The notes: a model not told the origin generated them from the sequence alone. Shown: positions 1-10,300, counted from the stretch's first letter. The stretch is 64,000 nt of DNA from Candidatus Omnitrophota bacterium (GCA_003485765.1 DNHS01000051.1:2314-66313), one strand, 5' to 3'. Program-made: numbers and translations.

Positions 1-1994
1 AGGGTTAGTTCCTTTAACCCGCTTTCTTCCAGTTCTGAAAAATATATGAAGCCCCCTTTATAATGTTTCGCGACTACATCTCCTTCCAGCCGTATCGCAT
101 CCATTACCTCCTTAGTAGTGCGGGCCCTGTCTTTTATAGGAACTAATTTAATATATATCTTTGAAGACCCTGGCTCAATCCTGGATGTAAACGTCTTTAT
201 CTCTTTTATATGCTTAAGCTTCTCTTCTAATTCCTTTGCCATTTTATCAGTGACATCTAATTTAGCGCCTGGTTCCAGCTCAACAAAGATTGTAAAACGG
301 CCTTCTTCTGCGTCTACCATAAATTCTTTTTCCAGTTTCATTCCAAAAAATAATGCTATACCTAACATCAAAAATGCCGCACCCATCAATAAATACCTGA
401 ACCTGAGCGCCATAACCAGCCCTTTTCTATATATGCCTTTTATTTTAATAGCTAAACTTTTCTTTAACGCCTTTTGCTCCTTTTTTTCTATTGGCTTGCG
501 CGCCATCTGGCTCAATAAAGTAGGCACCAGAGTCATAGCTACAAATAAACTCGTCAATAGAGAATAAGTAACAGTAAAGGCAAGCCCGCTCCAGAGCATC
601 CTTGTCTCTTTATTTACAAATGCAAACGGAAGAAACACTATGATAGTAGTTATAGTGGACGCAATTATTGCTAACCCCATTTCTGAGGCGCCTTCTATAA
701 CCGCGTTCTTATCCTTATCTCTCCAGCCAGGTAAAGGTAAAATCTCAGACCTTTTTTTATCCACATTATCAAGCACAACTATAGAATTATCCACAAGCAT
801 ACCTATGCCGAGCGCAAGCCCGCTCAATGTCATTACATTCAATGAAAGCCTTTGAAAATACATGAGGATGAATGTAAACATAACTGAAATTGGAATAGTG
901 ACGCTTATTATAAACGTCGGCCTTAAATCTCTCAGCGTTACCAAAAGTATCAATATTGAAAGAAACGCTCCGCTTATAAGGGAGCTTTTGACTGCGTCTA
1001 TAGCATCGTTTATTATATCTGCCTGATTAAGCGTAGCCTTCGTGTAAATATTCTTATCTATTATATTCTTGATCTGATTGAGTTCCTTCTTTATGCCTTC
1101 AACTACTTTGATTGTATTGGCTGTAGATTCCTTCTGGATATATATTGAAACTACCGGTTCCACATCGGTCCTGGCGTAATTTGAAGGATCCGCATAAGAA
1201 TCTTTCACAGTTGCAACATCTTTAAGTTTTATAACACTGCCTTGCGGCGTAACACTCACGCCTATGTTTTCTATGTCTTTAATGCTCTCAAAAATTCCTA
1301 TAGCCCGTATAAGATATTTATTCTTAGCTCTGGGAAGGTCGCCCAAAAGCAGGCTGAAATTATTCGCTCCTAATGAACTTACTACATTATCTATAGGCAC
1401 ATGATGAGCTTGAAGCCTTGCCTGATCTATTTCGACAAGAATCTTTCTTTCCCTTCCACCATATACATCCACATTTGCCACGCCTTCCACCCTTAATATT
1501 CTCTCCTTAATCTTTTCATCGACAACCCTTCTCAATGTTTCTACTGTATGGGCCTTGCTTGTAATCGCAAGCACCATTATAGGGGTATCAGATTCCTTGT
1601 ATTGGGCTAATATTGGTTTTTCAATTTCTTTGGGAAGTTTGTCTTTTATCTTTGAAAATTTCTCTCTTGTCTCCAACGCGGCAAAATCCATATTAATGCC
1701 TGGTTCAAACTCAAGCCATATCCTGGACTCTCCTGCAGTTGATTTGGAATAGATATTTTCTAGATGGGTAACTGTAGATACAGCTTCTTCTATCGGCTTT
1801 GTAACCATACTCTCTACTTCCTGCGGCGGCATGCCTCCTCTTACTGCTACTATTATACTTATATCTCCATAGGAAATATTTGGTTTCAACTCAACAGGAA
1901 GCCTGAGCAAAGAAACTGCTCCAACAATAACAATGCCTATAAAAAACATTGTTATGCTTACAGGCTTATTGACTGAATAACTCGAAAGGCTCAT
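1..1994 (-). CDS. AcrB/AcrD/AcrF-family RND permease, second subunit (3' end runs off the window)
   Basis: Absent from the ORF track. The reverse complement from 1994 reads MSLSSYSVNKPVSITMFFIGIVIVGAVSLLRLPVELKPNISY..., paralogous to the upstream RND. Its ATG overlaps the upstream stop (ATGA). Confidence 0.93.
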   Translation of the reverse strand, partial: MSLSSYSVNKPVSITMFFIGIVIVGAVSLLRLPVELKPNISYGDISIIVAVRGGMPPQEVESMVTKPIEEAVSTVTHLENIYSKSTAGESRIWLEFEPGINMDFAALETREKFSKIKDKLPKEIEKPILAQYKESDTPIMVLAITSKAHTVETLRRVVDEKIKERILRVEGVANVDVYGGRERKILVEIDQARLQAHHVPIDNVVSSLGANNFSLLLGDLPRAKNKYLIRAIGIFESIKDIENIGVSVTPQGSVIKLKDVATVKDSYADPSNYARTDVEPVVSIYIQKESTANTIKVVEGIKKELNQIKNIIDKNIYTKATLNQADIINDAIDAVKSSLISGAFLSILILLVTLRDLRPTFIISVTIPISVMFTFILMYFQRLSLNVMTLSGLALGIGMLVDNSIVVLDNVDKKRSEILPLPGWRDKDKNAVIEGASEMGLAIIASTITTIIVFLPFAFVNKETRMLWSGLAFTVTYSLLTSLFVAMTLVPTLLSQMARKPIEKKEQKALKKSLAIKIKGIYRKGLVMALRFRYLLMGAAFLMLGIALFFGMKLEKEFMVDAEEGRFTIFVELEPGAKLDVTDKMAKELEEKLKHIKEIKTFTSRIEPGSSKIYIKLVPIKDRARTTKEVMDAIRLEGDVVAKHYKGGFIYFSELEESGLKELT

Positions 1995-4900
1995 TTTAAC
2001 TCATACCATCTTCCAGGCCCAAGCGGGCCCTCTGCTTTTAAAAAACCTTTATCCATAAGATATCTCAAATCCCGCGCTGCAGTAGGTATTGATATCTTAA
2101 ATAAATCCGCATATTCTTTTCTTGTGATCTTTCCAGTCTCTTTGATGCGCTCCAATAATTGAACCTGTCTTTTGGTAAGCTGCGCGTCTTTGGGTTCTTC
2201 TTGCTTTTTAGCAGAGAACGGTTTTAAACCGTTCTCTACAGAAAGTTTTTCCAAGGCCTTTGTAGGCATTATAATTATCTCTTTTGCAGGTTCAGGCTCT
2301 ATTTTAACTGGCTCAAACTCAGTCGACACTACAATAGGCGCAACCTGCGGTCTTCTTTTTTCTAACCACGCTGCGGCTGTAATATAAAGCGCCGGGATTA
2401 CGAAAAGTGTCAGGAAAGTGCAGACAGTAAGGCCTCCCATTACAGTTATTGCCATAGGAGCTTGAAGCTCAGAACCTTCTCCAAGGCCAAGCGCTAACGG
2501 AAAAAGGCCTAAAACTGTAGTGAATGATGTCATCATTATGGGCCTTAGCCTGTTTGACCCTGCCTGGCTTACTGCTGTAATAAGATCTTTGCCTTCATTT
2601 CTAAGAACGTTTATCTTATCTATCAAGACAATTCCGTTATCTACAACAACTCCGCCGAGCATGATAACACCCAGTATAACCACAACGCTAATAGGCGTAT
2701 GTGTTAAAAACAGCACCCATGCAACGCCTATTAAAGATAAAGGCAGGGTAAACATAATAATAAACGGCTGCCAGAATGATTCAAATTCGCTCGCCATAAT
2801 CATATACACCAGTAACACTGAAAGGATCAACGCAAACATCAAGCTTAAAAATGATTCTTTCATCTCTTGATTCTCTCCTGCCAGTTGTATCGTAAAATCT
2901 TTTTCAACTTGTCTTGCGGCCTGCTTTTTGATATCAGCGTGGCTAGCCATTACAGAATCTATTGCTTTATTAGCGTCGTCTATTACTTTATTCAAGGCTC
3001 TTCCTGTGACATTCGCAGTCATCATGATTACTCTTTGCTGGTCCAATCTTTTTATTTCGCTTGGGCCTACGCCGTGTGAAATATAAGCAACCTCTGAGAG
3101 CGGGACATCTATTCCTAATGGCGAATGCACTAATATGCTTCTTATGCTTGAAAGCTTTTTCCTATCCTCAGGCCTAAGCCTTACTTTTATATTTATCTCT
3201 CTTCCCTCTTCTTTAAACTTTGTAGCAGTAACTCCCTTAATAGCGATATGAGCTGCCTGAGATATAGAGGCCACTGAAAGATTATATAAAGCAGCTTTAT
3301 CTTTAATAATATTCACTTTTGTTTCTGGCGCAGGGGACGCAAGGCTCGTTCTTATGCCATATACGCCAGGTATCTTAGCCAGCCCAAAATGAAGTTCTTC
3401 ATAAAGCTTTTTTATAAAATTAAGATTGTAGCCTTTTATCTCTATCACTATAGGAGCGCTGCCCATCAATGCGCTCTTAAAAATACTTTCCTGTAAGATA
3501 TATTCTACTTCCGCGCCTTCTAGATTCTCTTTATCCAGTTCTTTTTTTAGATTCTGAATTATTTCAGCAGTAGCAAACTTGCCCTTCTCTTTGCCTTTTT
3601 TAAGATTAACTATGATATTCGCCTGATGCGAACCAAGGGTCTCAATCATGTCTCCCGCGCCTTTTTCTTTGCTGGAGCCAATAGTAACTGCTACGCTATA
3701 GACGTCCTTATTATTTAAAAGTTTTTCTTCTATCTTTCTAACGCTGGAATCTGTTATCTCAAGCTTTGTGCCTGTTGGTAAATTAACTTTCATAACAAAT
3801 TCGCGCTGATCTATTTTTGGCATAAACTCTTTATTAAGAAACCGAAATATAATCATGCTGAATAAGAATAAAACAAGAGCTCCAAGTATTATCAGCTTTT
3901 TATTTTTCAGCGCAATCGGCAGAGACTTGCCATATACAGTTCCCATCCATTTAACTAATTTAAACTCTGAACCTACGGCCATAGGCGCTTCTTCGCCAGA
4001 GCCGGGCTTCTTCTTCCTGCTACCTATAGTCACAAACAAAGGGATTAACGCTAAAGACACATACAAAGAAGCCATAAGAGAATACGTAACAGTTATGGCG
4101 ACTTCTTTAAAAAGCTGTCCAGCAATGCCTGTAACAAATATCATAGGTAAAAATACAACTACTGTTGTCATGACTGAGCCCCATATAGGGCTCTCAACCT
4201 CATTTGCGCCAATCCTCGCAGCCTCTTTTAATTCTTTCCCGCTCTGAATATGATTTGATATATTTTCAATAACTACAATCCCTGCGTCTACAAGCATGCC
4301 TATACCCAACGCAAGCCCGCCTAGAGAAAGCATATTGAGCGTTATGCCGCTAAAATACATAAGGGTAAATGTAATCATTATTGAAATAGGGATAGACATA
4401 GCAACTATCAGGGATGGTTTTAATTTCTTTAAAAATAACCACAAAACCAGGAACGCTAAAAGTCCGCCCTGCCACGCAGCGTCTCCAACATCTCTAATTG
4501 ACTTTCTGATAAAAATAGACTGATCATACACTATATTTACATTTATGCCTTCATGCAGGTCCTTTTTTATGTCATTAAGCCGCTTCTTGATTTTGTCCGC
4601 CACTTGCAATGTATTAGAGCCTGCCTGTTTTAAAATAGCTACAGATATATTTTCCTTCCCATTAAACCTGGAGATAGAGGCGCGCTCCTGGAATGTATCT
4701 TTTATTTCTGCGATATCTCTAAGGTATACAAGCCTCGCCCTCTCTTCTTTTTTCTTTTGAGCCTCCAGGTTTTCTAAAGCAGGCCTCTGATTTTCAGGTT
4801 CGTCAGTCCCTACGACTGTATCCTTTATCTGAGAGATTATTTCAAATTCCCCTATGGTGCGTATAAGATATTCGTAAAAATGCTCCTCTATGGTGCCTGC

Positions 4901-5542
4901 GGGATAGTTAAGGTTTGAAGATTTGAGCGCATCCACTATTCTATTTATTCCTATGCCCGATGCCCTTAGCCTTGCCTGGTCAATTGATACAACTATTTCC
5001 CTTTCCAGCCCGCCTGTTATATTACAGGACGCAACGCCAGGCACTTTCTCAAGTTCATCTTTTATGAATTTTCTGGTAAGTTTTAAAAGTTCTGAAGACG
5101 TTTTCTCACCTGTAACGCTAAGGGTCATTACAGGTAATTCGAACGGATTAAATTTCATTACAATAGGGTCTGCGGAACCAAGAGGCAATCTTTCTTTTAC
5201 AAGGTCTATCTTTTCTCTCACGCCTAGAGAAGCAAAATCCATATTAGTTCCCCAGTTGAATTCTGTTGTTACAAGGGAAATACCTTCCTTTGAATTAGAG
5301 CTGATCCGCTTAAGATTGCCAACAGTGCCTACTGCTTCTTCTATAATCTTAGTTATAAGGGTTTCTACTTCTTCTGGCGCGGCGTTTTCATATGTTGTTA
5401 CAATGGTAAGCTGAGGATAGGAAATAGCTGGAAACAATTCCTGGGGAAGCCTGCCAAGGGAAATCAGGCCCATCAGCACTATCCCCAAAAAAATCATTGT
5501 TACAGTTACAGGTTTATTTATTGAGAGGTCTGGTAGTTTCAT
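1991..5542 (-). CDS. RND efflux permease (AcrB family) with C-terminal winged-HTH extension
   Basis: RND motifs (LGGLALGIGMLVDAGIVVIENI, RLRPIMMT), then a P/E/K-rich linker and LTKRQVQLLERIKETGKITRKEYADLFKISIPTAARDLRYLMDKGFL. Confidence 0.95.
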   Translation of the reverse strand: MKLPDLSINKPVTVTMIFLGIVLMGLISLGRLPQELFPAISYPQLTIVTTYENAAPEEVETLITKIIEEAVGTVGNLKRISSNSKEGISLVTTEFNWGTNMDFASLGVREKIDLVKERLPLGSADPIVMKFNPFELPVMTLSVTGEKTSSELLKLTRKFIKDELEKVPGVASCNITGGLEREIVVSIDQARLRASGIGINRIVDALKSSNLNYPAGTIEEHFYEYLIRTIGEFEIISQIKDTVVGTDEPENQRPALENLEAQKKKEERARLVYLRDIAEIKDTFQERASISRFNGKENISVAILKQAGSNTLQVADKIKKRLNDIKKDLHEGINVNIVYDQSIFIRKSIRDVGDAAWQGGLLAFLVLWLFLKKLKPSLIVAMSIPISIMITFTLMYFSGITLNMLSLGGLALGIGMLVDAGIVVIENISNHIQSGKELKEAARIGANEVESPIWGSVMTTVVVFLPMIFVTGIAGQLFKEVAITVTYSLMASLYVSLALIPLFVTIGSRKKKPGSGEEAPMAVGSEFKLVKWMGTVYGKSLPIALKNKKLIILGALVLFLFSMIIFRFLNKEFMPKIDQREFVMKVNLPTGTKLEITDSSVRKIEEKLLNNKDVYSVAVTIGSSKEKGAGDMIETLGSHQANIIVNLKKGKEKGKFATAEIIQNLKKELDKENLEGAEVEYILQESIFKSALMGSAPIVIEIKGYNLNFIKKLYEELHFGLAKIPGVYGIRTSLASPAPETKVNIIKDKAALYNLSVASISQAAHIAIKGVTATKFKEEGREINIKVRLRPEDRKKLSSIRSILVHSPLGIDVPLSEVAYISHGVGPSEIKRLDQQRVIMMTANVTGRALNKVIDDANKAIDSVMASHADIKKQAARQVEKDFTIQLAGENQEMKESFLSLMFALILSVLLVYMIMASEFESFWQPFIIMFTLPLSLIGVAWVLFLTHTPISVVVILGVIMLGGVVVDNGIVLIDKINVLRNEGKDLITAVSQAGSNRLRPIMMTSFTTVLGLFPLALGLGEGSELQAPMAITVMGGLTVCTFLTLFVIPALYITAAAWLEKRRPQVAPIVVSTEFEPVKIEPEPAKEIIIMPTKALEKLSVENGLKPFSAKKQEEPKDAQLTKRQVQLLERIKETGKITRKEYADLFKISIPTAARDLRYLMDKGFLKAEGPLGPGRWYELK

Positions 5543-6753
5543 TGAGCTGGGGTATTTTCCTGGACTTCTATAACTTGAACAGGCATCTCTTCTTTCAGCT
5601 CCTGAGGAGTTTCTGTAACCACTAACTCGCCTTCGCTGAGGCCTTCGCCTATAACAGAATAATCTGTAGTAACATATTCTACCTTGACCGGCTTGATGTG
5701 CGCTTTATTTTGCTCGCTAACCACAGATACAGTATACCCTTCGTCTCCCTTATTCAGGCTGAGGCTTGGAATAACTATCGCATTGCTGAATTCAGCAACT
5801 GTTATCATGGCCCTTGCAAACATCCCAGGCAAAAGCTGAGCATCCGGATTAGGGAGTCTGACCTTGGCAGTCAGAGTCCTGGATTTTCCTTCTATAACAG
5901 GGTAGATATAATCTATTTTGCCATTAAATGCGGCTCCGGAATGCGCATCCACCGTTACTACAACATTCTGTCCAAGCGTAATTTTATCAATGTCCTTCTC
6001 CACTATGCCAAGTTCTACAAATACTTCCTTTACGTCATAAATAGTTGCGATTTTATTATTTGGCGTCACAAATTCGCCTGCTTCAGCTTCTCTTGCGCCA
6101 AGGACTCCTTCGCGAAACGCATATAGATCTGTCTTTTTAAACTCTGCCTCTGCAGATTTAAGTTCCACTTCCGCTGACTTAGCCTGCTCGCTAGCGCTTT
6201 TTGCTTCCAACTCCACTTCTTCTAATTTTGCCTTTATAATGCCGCCTATATCATAAAGATGCTTATGTATCTCATATTTCTTTTTTGCAGCAAGGGCTTG
6301 TGTCTTTGCGGATTCCAGTTTACTTTTTGCATAGTCTATTTTTAATTGCGCGTCTTTTTTATTAAGGGACGCTATTATCTCGCCTTCATTTATCACATCG
6401 CCTTCCCTGAAATTAATAGAATCTATCATGCCATTAACCTCAAATTTAAGAGGTATTTCTAATGCCCCCTTTACAGTGCCCATGCTAGGAAGATCATCTT
6501 TAAAATCCATAGGCGTAACTTTATAGCACCTCACAGGAACCGCTTCTTGTTCTTTCTGTTCCTGAGCCACGCCTTCAGGCCCTGATTTTTTAGCCTCCTG
6601 CTTCTTTCCTATATTTCCAACCATCTGTTTTATCGAATCAAGGCCTTTTCCTGGCTGGCCTTTCTTTCCGATACTCTTTATCCACATAACTCCAAAAACC
6701 AGAACCCATAAAGCTATAAAACCTATTATTAATGCTTTTGATCTCTTTTTCAT
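5539..6753 (-). CDS. RND periplasmic adaptor (membrane fusion protein)
   Basis: N-terminal TM, lipoyl-like halves around a coiled coil, LLPGMFARA motif; lies between TolC and RND genes. Confidence 0.93.
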   Translation of the reverse strand: MKKRSKALIIGFIALWVLVFGVMWIKSIGKKGQPGKGLDSIKQMVGNIGKKQEAKKSGPEGVAQEQKEQEAVPVRCYKVTPMDFKDDLPSMGTVKGALEIPLKFEVNGMIDSINFREGDVINEGEIIASLNKKDAQLKIDYAKSKLESAKTQALAAKKKYEIHKHLYDIGGIIKAKLEEVELEAKSASEQAKSAEVELKSAEAEFKKTDLYAFREGVLGAREAEAGEFVTPNNKIATIYDVKEVFVELGIVEKDIDKITLGQNVVVTVDAHSGAAFNGKIDYIYPVIEGKSRTLTAKVRLPNPDAQLLPGMFARAMITVAEFSNAIVIPSLSLNKGDEGYTVSVVSEQNKAHIKPVKVEYVTTDYSVIGEGLSEGELVVTETPQELKEEMPVQVIEVQENTPAQ

Positions 6754-6773
6754 AATATCCTCTTTTCATACAT

Positions 6774-6887
6774 TCGCGGCCACAAAACTGCGCCCCTCAG
6801 AGCGTGGATGGAGCTTGGCCGCTCAGTATTCCGCCCAAGCCTGCCTGCCGATAGGCAGGAAACCTTGGGCTTTAGCCCAGATAAGCT
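6774..6887. mobile_element. Non-autonomous IS200/IS605-like palindromic remnant with a nested CCTGCCTGCCGATAGGCAGG hairpin
   Basis: GC-rich intergenic insert with a TGGGCTTTAGCCCA hairpin resembling IS200/IS605 ends, plus an internal GC palindrome. Confidence 0.45.
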
Positions 6888-8690
6888 TCATTTTCTATTA
6901 GCTAATTTAAAACTCTCATCATCTAAAAACAGCGCGTATCCTGTGGCTTTATTCAGCTTTGCCAGAGACTGATACAAACTCCCAAGCGCCTCTACGTAAT
7001 AAGCCTTTTCATCTGTAAGGCTCATATAGGCTTGGATTAATTCTGAAAGCGATGCCTCATTTAATTCTGCGCGGGCTTTGATAATCTTAAATTCCTCTTC
7101 TTTATATTTAATCTTATTAAGATTTGTCATTATTTGGATTAAACCTTTTTTATAATTTAAATATGATTCTTTGACTTCTCTAACAATACTGTCTTTTACC
7201 TGCTCCAGCTCATCCTTTGCTTTTTTATACCCTATCTCCGCGGATTTTTCTTCAGAAAAATGTTGAAGCCCGTCCAATAGCCCGTATTCTACAGATTTAC
7301 TGATAGATTCTGTCCTTGTCGACTGACCATGTTTCTGGCTTGTCTTATCCTTCGTAAAGGTACTAGAAAGAGTATTCCCGCCCAATGGTTTTGACACCTT
7401 AAACCCTAGATACCAGTCATTCCCCAGAGTTAAGGGTTCGCTTTCATATGCGCCACCGGATTTCCCATATGTTCCGGTCAAGTCCACTCTAAGCTGATTC
7501 TTGCTCTCTGTAATCTTGCGCTCATAGTCATTAAATTCCAGCATATATGTTTTTGCCTTAAGATCTGGCCTGGATCTAAAGGCTAAATCCGCGCATTCTT
7601 CTAGAGTTACATCTACCACAATTGGCTCCAGGTCTTTTCCCGGCTCTTTATCTATTATCTCTATTGCTTTTTCTCCTCCCTTGGCATTAACTGCCTGCGC
7701 CAAAGTAAGTTTTGCCATAGCCAGTGTGTTCTCGCTCGATATAACCTGGTAATTTATCTGCTGCATTTGAGATTCTATCTGTAAAAATTCTGCCCTGGTA
7801 ATTAAGCCAAGCTCAAGCCTTTTCTTAGCTCCAGCGAATATACTGCTTGTCTCTTCTAAAAGCGCTTTGTGTAATTTTATATCCATCTTGCTGGCCATAT
7901 ATGCGTAAAATGCTGATTCCACCTCGGCTCTTAAATCCTGCAATGTCTTATCATAATTTGATGTAGACGCTTTAAGATTACTCATCGCCTGTTCAACTGC
8001 ATATTTAAGCCTCCACCCATAATACAATGGATACTCAAACTTAAGCTTGTATTCCTTATCTGTAAAATCCTGAGTTGTGCCGGCAGTCTTTCCTGTAGTC
8101 TCTAAATAATTCAAGGTTGCTGCTGGATAAAGGCCGCGCCTGGCTTCCCGTATCTTGAGTTTAGATAATTCTATTTCTTCCTGGGCTATTTTTGCAGCCA
8201 TATGATTTTCCAATGCTATGTCCACTGCGTCATTGATACCTAAATTTGTTACTTCTCGATTTGCGGAGTTTATCTCAAACGAAGTCAAGGGGCTCGCTCG
8301 AGAACTATCAATATCAAATATGATCGGCACATCTATCCACAAATCTTCACTCCCTAAAACCTCTGGAAATGGCTGGTATCTTTGATACATCCAAACTGTC
8401 TTTAAACATAAATTATCTAATTCTCTATTGTCAGAAGACTCAGAAATATACACATCCTTAAGTTCTCCCCAAGGAGAAAGAAAAAGCTTTAGCTTTACCT
8501 CGCCTTTTGAGCTATATAAAATAGAGGGATCTGGTTTTGGAATAGACCTATAAATATCTTTAGATATATCTATTATATATTGTGCTATCTCTTCTTGTGA
8601 TTGGCTATATGCAGATGATACGGTAGGATTTATTACTGTAACTACAATGAATACAAAGAAATATAATAATATGATACGCTTTATACGCAT
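6888..8690 (-). CDS. TolC-family outer membrane protein with N-terminal TonB C-terminal-like domain
   Basis: Signal peptide; GEVKLKLFLSPWGELKDVYISESSDNRELDNLCLKTV..QPFP matches the TonB_C pattern; two OEP-like helical repeats follow. Start chosen from the AGGAG RBS. Confidence 0.85.
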   Translation of the reverse strand: MRIKRIILLYFFVFIVVTVINPTVSSAYSQSQEEIAQYIIDISKDIYRSIPKPDPSILYSSKGEVKLKLFLSPWGELKDVYISESSDNRELDNLCLKTVWMYQRYQPFPEVLGSEDLWIDVPIIFDIDSSRASPLTSFEINSANREVTNLGINDAVDIALENHMAAKIAQEEIELSKLKIREARRGLYPAATLNYLETTGKTAGTTQDFTDKEYKLKFEYPLYYGWRLKYAVEQAMSNLKASTSNYDKTLQDLRAEVESAFYAYMASKMDIKLHKALLEETSSIFAGAKKRLELGLITRAEFLQIESQMQQINYQVISSENTLAMAKLTLAQAVNAKGGEKAIEIIDKEPGKDLEPIVVDVTLEECADLAFRSRPDLKAKTYMLEFNDYERKITESKNQLRVDLTGTYGKSGGAYESEPLTLGNDWYLGFKVSKPLGGNTLSSTFTKDKTSQKHGQSTRTESISKSVEYGLLDGLQHFSEEKSAEIGYKKAKDELEQVKDSIVREVKESYLNYKKGLIQIMTNLNKIKYKEEEFKIIKARAELNEASLSELIQAYMSLTDEKAYYVEALGSLYQSLAKLNKATGYALFLDDESFKLANRK

Positions 8691-8710
8691 CCCTTCTCCT
8701 ATTTTTGAGA

Positions 8711-8739
8711 AGTATATCATATTATTATTATTTTGTCAA
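8711..8739 (-). promoter_or_regulatory. Sigma70-type promoter of the tolC-mfp-rnd operon
   Basis: TTGACA-17 bp-TATACT with an extended -10 TG. Confidence 0.65.
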
Positions 8740-8760
8740 GAATGATACGGTTATGATACA

Positions 8761-8788
8761 GTAGGGAACAGGCATGCCTGTTCCCTAC
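8761..8788. repeat. GTAG-type REP-like 28-bp perfect palindrome
   Basis: GTAGGGAACAGGCATGCCTGTTCCCTAC; contains the ROK gene's TAG stop. Confidence 0.8.
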
Positions 8789-10023
8789 GCCTGCACAAAA
8801 ATATCTCTTATTACAACACTTGCTGCGCCTAATGCCACAGAATCTTCTCCAAGCTTTGCTGGTATTATTTTAACAACATTTGCAGGCTCTTCAAATGCCC
8901 ATTTTCTAACAGTCCTTCTTAAGGGCTCTAAAAGCAAACTACCAGCCTTTTCAATTCCTCCTCCAATAACCACTATCTCAGGATTAAATAAATTTACAAG
9001 ATACGCAATCCTTATTCCAAGATTCACAGCTCCATCTTCCAGGAGTTCTATTGCAAGAGTATCTCCTGCCTTTGCAGCTTCTATGATATGATCCACTGTA
9101 AGATTATCCAGTTTATTATCGCAGAATTCAAGTATCTTTGTCTTAACATCGTCTTCTTTTATAAGTTTCTTGACCTGGCTCACTAACCCTAAATCAAGCC
9201 CTGTAGGAAGAAGAAAAGAAATATTCTTTGAAACCTGCAGATATTCTTCGTTGCGCGGATAATTAATCCTTATCTCTCCTGCGCTGCCTGATGCTCCGGC
9301 ATACATGGCGCCTTTTATAATAATGCCGCTTCCTACATCGGAATACATGTAAATCACATCCTGTATATCCATAGGAAGAGCATGCATCTTTTCTCCGAAC
9401 GCAGCAAAAGTTGCGTCGTTACCTATAAAAGAAGGAAACCCAAATCTTTGTTCAATTATCCCTTTTATGGATACATAACTAGCCCTTATCCCATTCTTTG
9501 CAGAGTCCCTCACTGTGCCGAGATGTTCATCTATAATTCCGCTTACCCCTATACCAACACCTTTTATTTTATTTTTGTCCACGCCTTTCTTCTTTAACAA
9601 CTCATCTATTAGTTCAAGCGAAGCTTCTATAATCTTATCCATACTATCTTTTATTCTTACCTTTTTCACCTTGGTTACAATCCTTCCTGCAAGATCAGTC
9701 ACAAGGCCTATCATAGTTGTGCCAAAGACGTCCAAGTGGCCTAAATCAAGCCCTATTACATGCATACTATCATCATTTAATTTAACAACCGTGGGTTTCC
9801 TGCCTCCCGTAGAAACCTCCATACCCCCTTCTGAAACCAGTCCCTTATCAATATAACTATTTATATAATTAGAAACAGTCACTATGTTCAGGTCTGTAAC
9901 CTTTGAGATATCAGCTCTTGTAATAGGGCCATTTCTGCGTATGAGTTCAAGTATCGCAAAATTCTTTCTCTCGTGGTCTGAGAACATATAATTATCGTAC
10001 ATCCTGCCTTTCCTGATAGCCAT
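8785..10023 (-). CDS. ROK-family transcriptional regulator (NagC/XylR-like)
   Basis: N-terminal HTH (ITRADISKVTDLNIVTVS..STGGRKP) and ROK domain (GNDATFAAFGE, GSAGEI); AAGGAGG RBS. Confidence 0.92.
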   Translation of the reverse strand: MAIRKGRMYDNYMFSDHERKNFAILELIRRNGPITRADISKVTDLNIVTVSNYINSYIDKGLVSEGGMEVSTGGRKPTVVKLNDDSMHVIGLDLGHLDVFGTTMIGLVTDLAGRIVTKVKKVRIKDSMDKIIEASLELIDELLKKKGVDKNKIKGVGIGVSGIIDEHLGTVRDSAKNGIRASYVSIKGIIEQRFGFPSFIGNDATFAAFGEKMHALPMDIQDVIYMYSDVGSGIIIKGAMYAGASGSAGEIRINYPRNEEYLQVSKNISFLLPTGLDLGLVSQVKKLIKEDDVKTKILEFCDNKLDNLTVDHIIEAAKAGDTLAIELLEDGAVNLGIRIAYLVNLFNPEIVVIGGGIEKAGSLLLEPLRRTVRKWAFEEPANVVKIIPAKLGEDSVALGAASVVIRDIFVQA

Positions 10024-10233
10024 ACATGCCTCCTTGTCCAACTTACTGTTTTTAGTTAATATTACTATTTTATATTATACTTCTTTTTGCGCTCCAACGT
10101 CAATAGTTTCTTTTTAAAATACTTCTTAAATTTAATTTATTAACTCTTTTGCAAATTTTTAAATTATGAGAGGAATTAAATTGCGTCTAATCTTGCTCTA
10201 AATTGATTAGTTTTTATAATGGCCTGGTTCCAC

Positions 10234-10276
10234 AAAAAAAAACTTCCGAAGCCGCCATACGGCAACTTCGGAAGTT
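10234..10276 (-). terminator. Rho-independent terminator
   Basis: AACTTCCGAAG...CTTCGGAAGTT stem followed by a T-run on the minus strand. Confidence 0.75.
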
Positions 10277-10300
10277 GGTTAAATTCAGATATATAAAAAT

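Noticed and set aside
118-5414. Many plus-strand ORFs of 60-230 aa here and throughout the window, opposite long minus-strand genes
   Set aside because: Antisense shadows of real genes; Ser/Ile/Phe-rich with no motifs or RBS.
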